From Parcubacteria group bacterium Gr01-1014_31 (GTDB lineage Bacteria; Patescibacteriota; Patescibacteriia; Buchananbacterales; GWA2-38-13), in the NCBI GenBank assembly GCA_007376135.1, contig VMFR01000001.1:142554-206553 (forward strand): a DNA stretch of 64,000 nt. Reading direction: 5' to 3'. This document shows, one piece after another, positions 62,761 through 64,000 of this stretch; the first letter of the stretch is position 1, and each line of letters begins with the position of its first letter. The notes beneath the pieces were generated by a model. That model was not told the DNA's origin, did not search any database, and saw nothing but the letters and a program-made list of their open reading frames with translations. Both the position numbers and the translations under genes were made by a program.

Positions 62761-64000
62761 ATTCACCTTTTGCACATCAACTATTTTCAGTTGCAGCTCG
62801 CGGTTGCCGTTCCATTGGTTGATGTCTACTTCGAACACCACGTCAATAACGTCGCCGGTTTTCAGTGCCGGGATGCGGTCGACGATGGAAAATCCTATCA
62901 GTTTGACCACCGGACTGCCGCCGTGCTGCGTTACCATTAAGCGCAGGTGGCGGCCGGTATTGCCCACCGGCGTGACCGACTGCACCTGCAGTGCGCGCGA
63001 CACGAATCTCGGTTTAGGATTACCGGTGCCGAACGGCTCCAGTCGCTGCAGCTCCTCCTGCAGCTGAAAGGTAACTTGCGCCAGATCCAGCTCCGCGTCA
63101 ATGGGGAGTATTGCCGCCACTTCGTCATCCGTCAAGGCGGCGGCGGCCAAGTGTTCCAGGTGTTCGCGGAACGGCTTGAGCGACGCCTCATCCTTGAGCG
63201 TGAAACCGCAGGCGAAATAGTGTCCGCCGAACCGGCTGAGGTACTCGCGGCACTCGGAAAGTGCCTCGGTGATGTTGAATCCGTGGACCGAGCGGCCCGA
63301 ACCGACCCAGTTCCCCTCGCCGGTGCGGCCGACCACCACCGCGGGACGCCCGAATTCGTCCGCGATCCGCCCGGCCACCAGCCCGACCAACCCGGGCGAC
63401 CAATCCTTGCCGTGGGCGAAGAGCAGCTTGCGCTCCCCTGCCGGGATCACCTGGCCGCGCGCGGATTGCCTCATCTGCTCGGTCAGCTGCTGGCGCTTGC
63501 GGTTTTGCTCATCCAGTTCCTCCGCCAGGCGTTCCACCTCGGTCGGGTCGGTCTTGACCAGCAAGTGGTAGGCCGACGAAGCATGGTTCATTCTTCCGGC
63601 GGCGTTGAGCCGCGGCGCCAGACCGAAACCGATGGCCTGCGTGTCCACGGACTCCGGCGCGACCTTGGCGACGTCCATCAGCGCGCGCAGCCCCAGCCGT
63701 CTGGTTTTCCGCAGCACGGTCAGTCCATAATGGACCAACGTCCGATTCTCTCCGACCAGCTCGCACATATCCGCCACCGTACTGACGGCGACCAAATCAA
63801 GCAGCCACTTCTCGTAGCCGACGGGCGGGAATTTTAACTTGGGGTGCTTCGCGCGCGTCGCATCCGCCAGCAACGCCTGTACCAGCTTGAACGCCATGCC
63901 GGTGCCCGACAGGTGCGGGTACGGATACGTTTCCCCGGGGAGCTTGGGATCCAGCAGCGTGAAAGCTTGCGGGAGAACGTCGGGCGGATTATGGTGGTCG
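62758..64000 (-). CDS. recJ: single-stranded-DNA-specific exonuclease RecJ (5' end beyond window)
   Basis: DHHA1 motif GGHYFACG and a C-terminal OB fold. The frame stays open past the listed ATG to the window edge (…DHHNPPDVLP…GTGMAFKLVQALL), so the DHH domain lies upstream. Confidence 0.8.
   Translation of the reverse strand, partial: DHHNPPDVLPQAFTLLDPKLPGETYPYPHLSGTGMAFKLVQALLADATRAKHPKLKFPPVGYEKWLLDLVAVSTVADMCELVGENRTLVHYGLTVLRKTRRLGLRALMDVAKVAPESVDTQAIGFGLAPRLNAAGRMNHASSAYHLLVKTDPTEVERLAEELDEQNRKRQQLTEQMRQSARGQVIPAGERKLLFAHGKDWSPGLVGLVAGRIADEFGRPAVVVGRTGEGNWVGSGRSVHGFNITEALSECREYLSRFGGHYFACGFTLKDEASLKPFREHLEHLAAAALTDDEVAAILPIDAELDLAQVTFQLQEELQRLEPFGTGNPKPRFVSRALQVQSVTPVGNTGRHLRLMVTQHGGSPVVKLIGFSIVDRIPALKTGDVIDVVFEVDINQWNGNRELQLKIVDVQKVN

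Noticed and set aside
62947-63837. 296-aa plus-strand ORF opposite recJ
   Set aside because: Antisense to the recJ DHHA1/OB region, which has clear motifs.

Overview
This 64 kb window is a high-GC (about 65%) bacterial chromosomal segment, densely packed, with most genes on the minus strand. I could not assign a lineage from sequence alone. Several traits (RpoA lacking the alpha-CTD, a 591-aa AlaS lacking the C-Ala domain, a short-form YidC, rplM-rpsI directly after rplQ, abundant DUF4012/DUF11 envelope proteins) suggest a reduced or atypical lineage.

Recognisable content, in window order:
- def-fmt.
- A first polysaccharide locus: O-antigen ligase-like membrane protein, two GT2 and one GT4 glycosyltransferases, a Wzx flippase, and a low-GC CotH-dockerin gene inserted in the operon.
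- A ribosomal/translation block: rpsI, rplM, rplQ, rpoA, rpsD, rpsK, rpsM, rpmJ, infA, then alaS and mnmA.
- clpB behind a textbook CIRCE operator.
- A lower-GC module behind an AT-rich consensus promoter: a sigma-70 region-4/HARE-HTH protein, a membrane protein and a soluble TraD/VirD4/HerA-like ATPase with a C-terminal zinc ribbon, followed by ugd and a permease.
- secF, a secD carrying a parvulin insertion, a GT-C mannosyltransferase and a cyclophilin lipoprotein.
- Two tRNA loci (Gln on the minus strand; Gly and Thr on the plus strand) in which each intact tRNA sits inside a perfect 12-14 bp flanking inverted repeat, with tRNA half-fragments alongside.
- ftsE/ftsX, a PpiC-type PPIase, an FtsB-like protein and a P-type ATPase.
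- tRNA-Lys, yidC, an SPFH protein, dnaB, a ybaB-like gene, recR, purF, rplU, a DUF192 protein and a MraY/WecA-like transferase.
- A membrane-anchored Clp/Hsp100-like ATPase with an N-terminal zinc ribbon and a degenerate D1 module.
- tgt, then DUF11 and DUF4012 envelope proteins inside a second glycan locus (three GT4 genes and a WbaP-like sugar transferase), and a CDP-alcohol phosphatidyltransferase.
- RNase P RNA behind a consensus promoter, then rnhA and a 5'-truncated recJ.

Coordinates not taken from the ORF track may be off by 1-2 nt.
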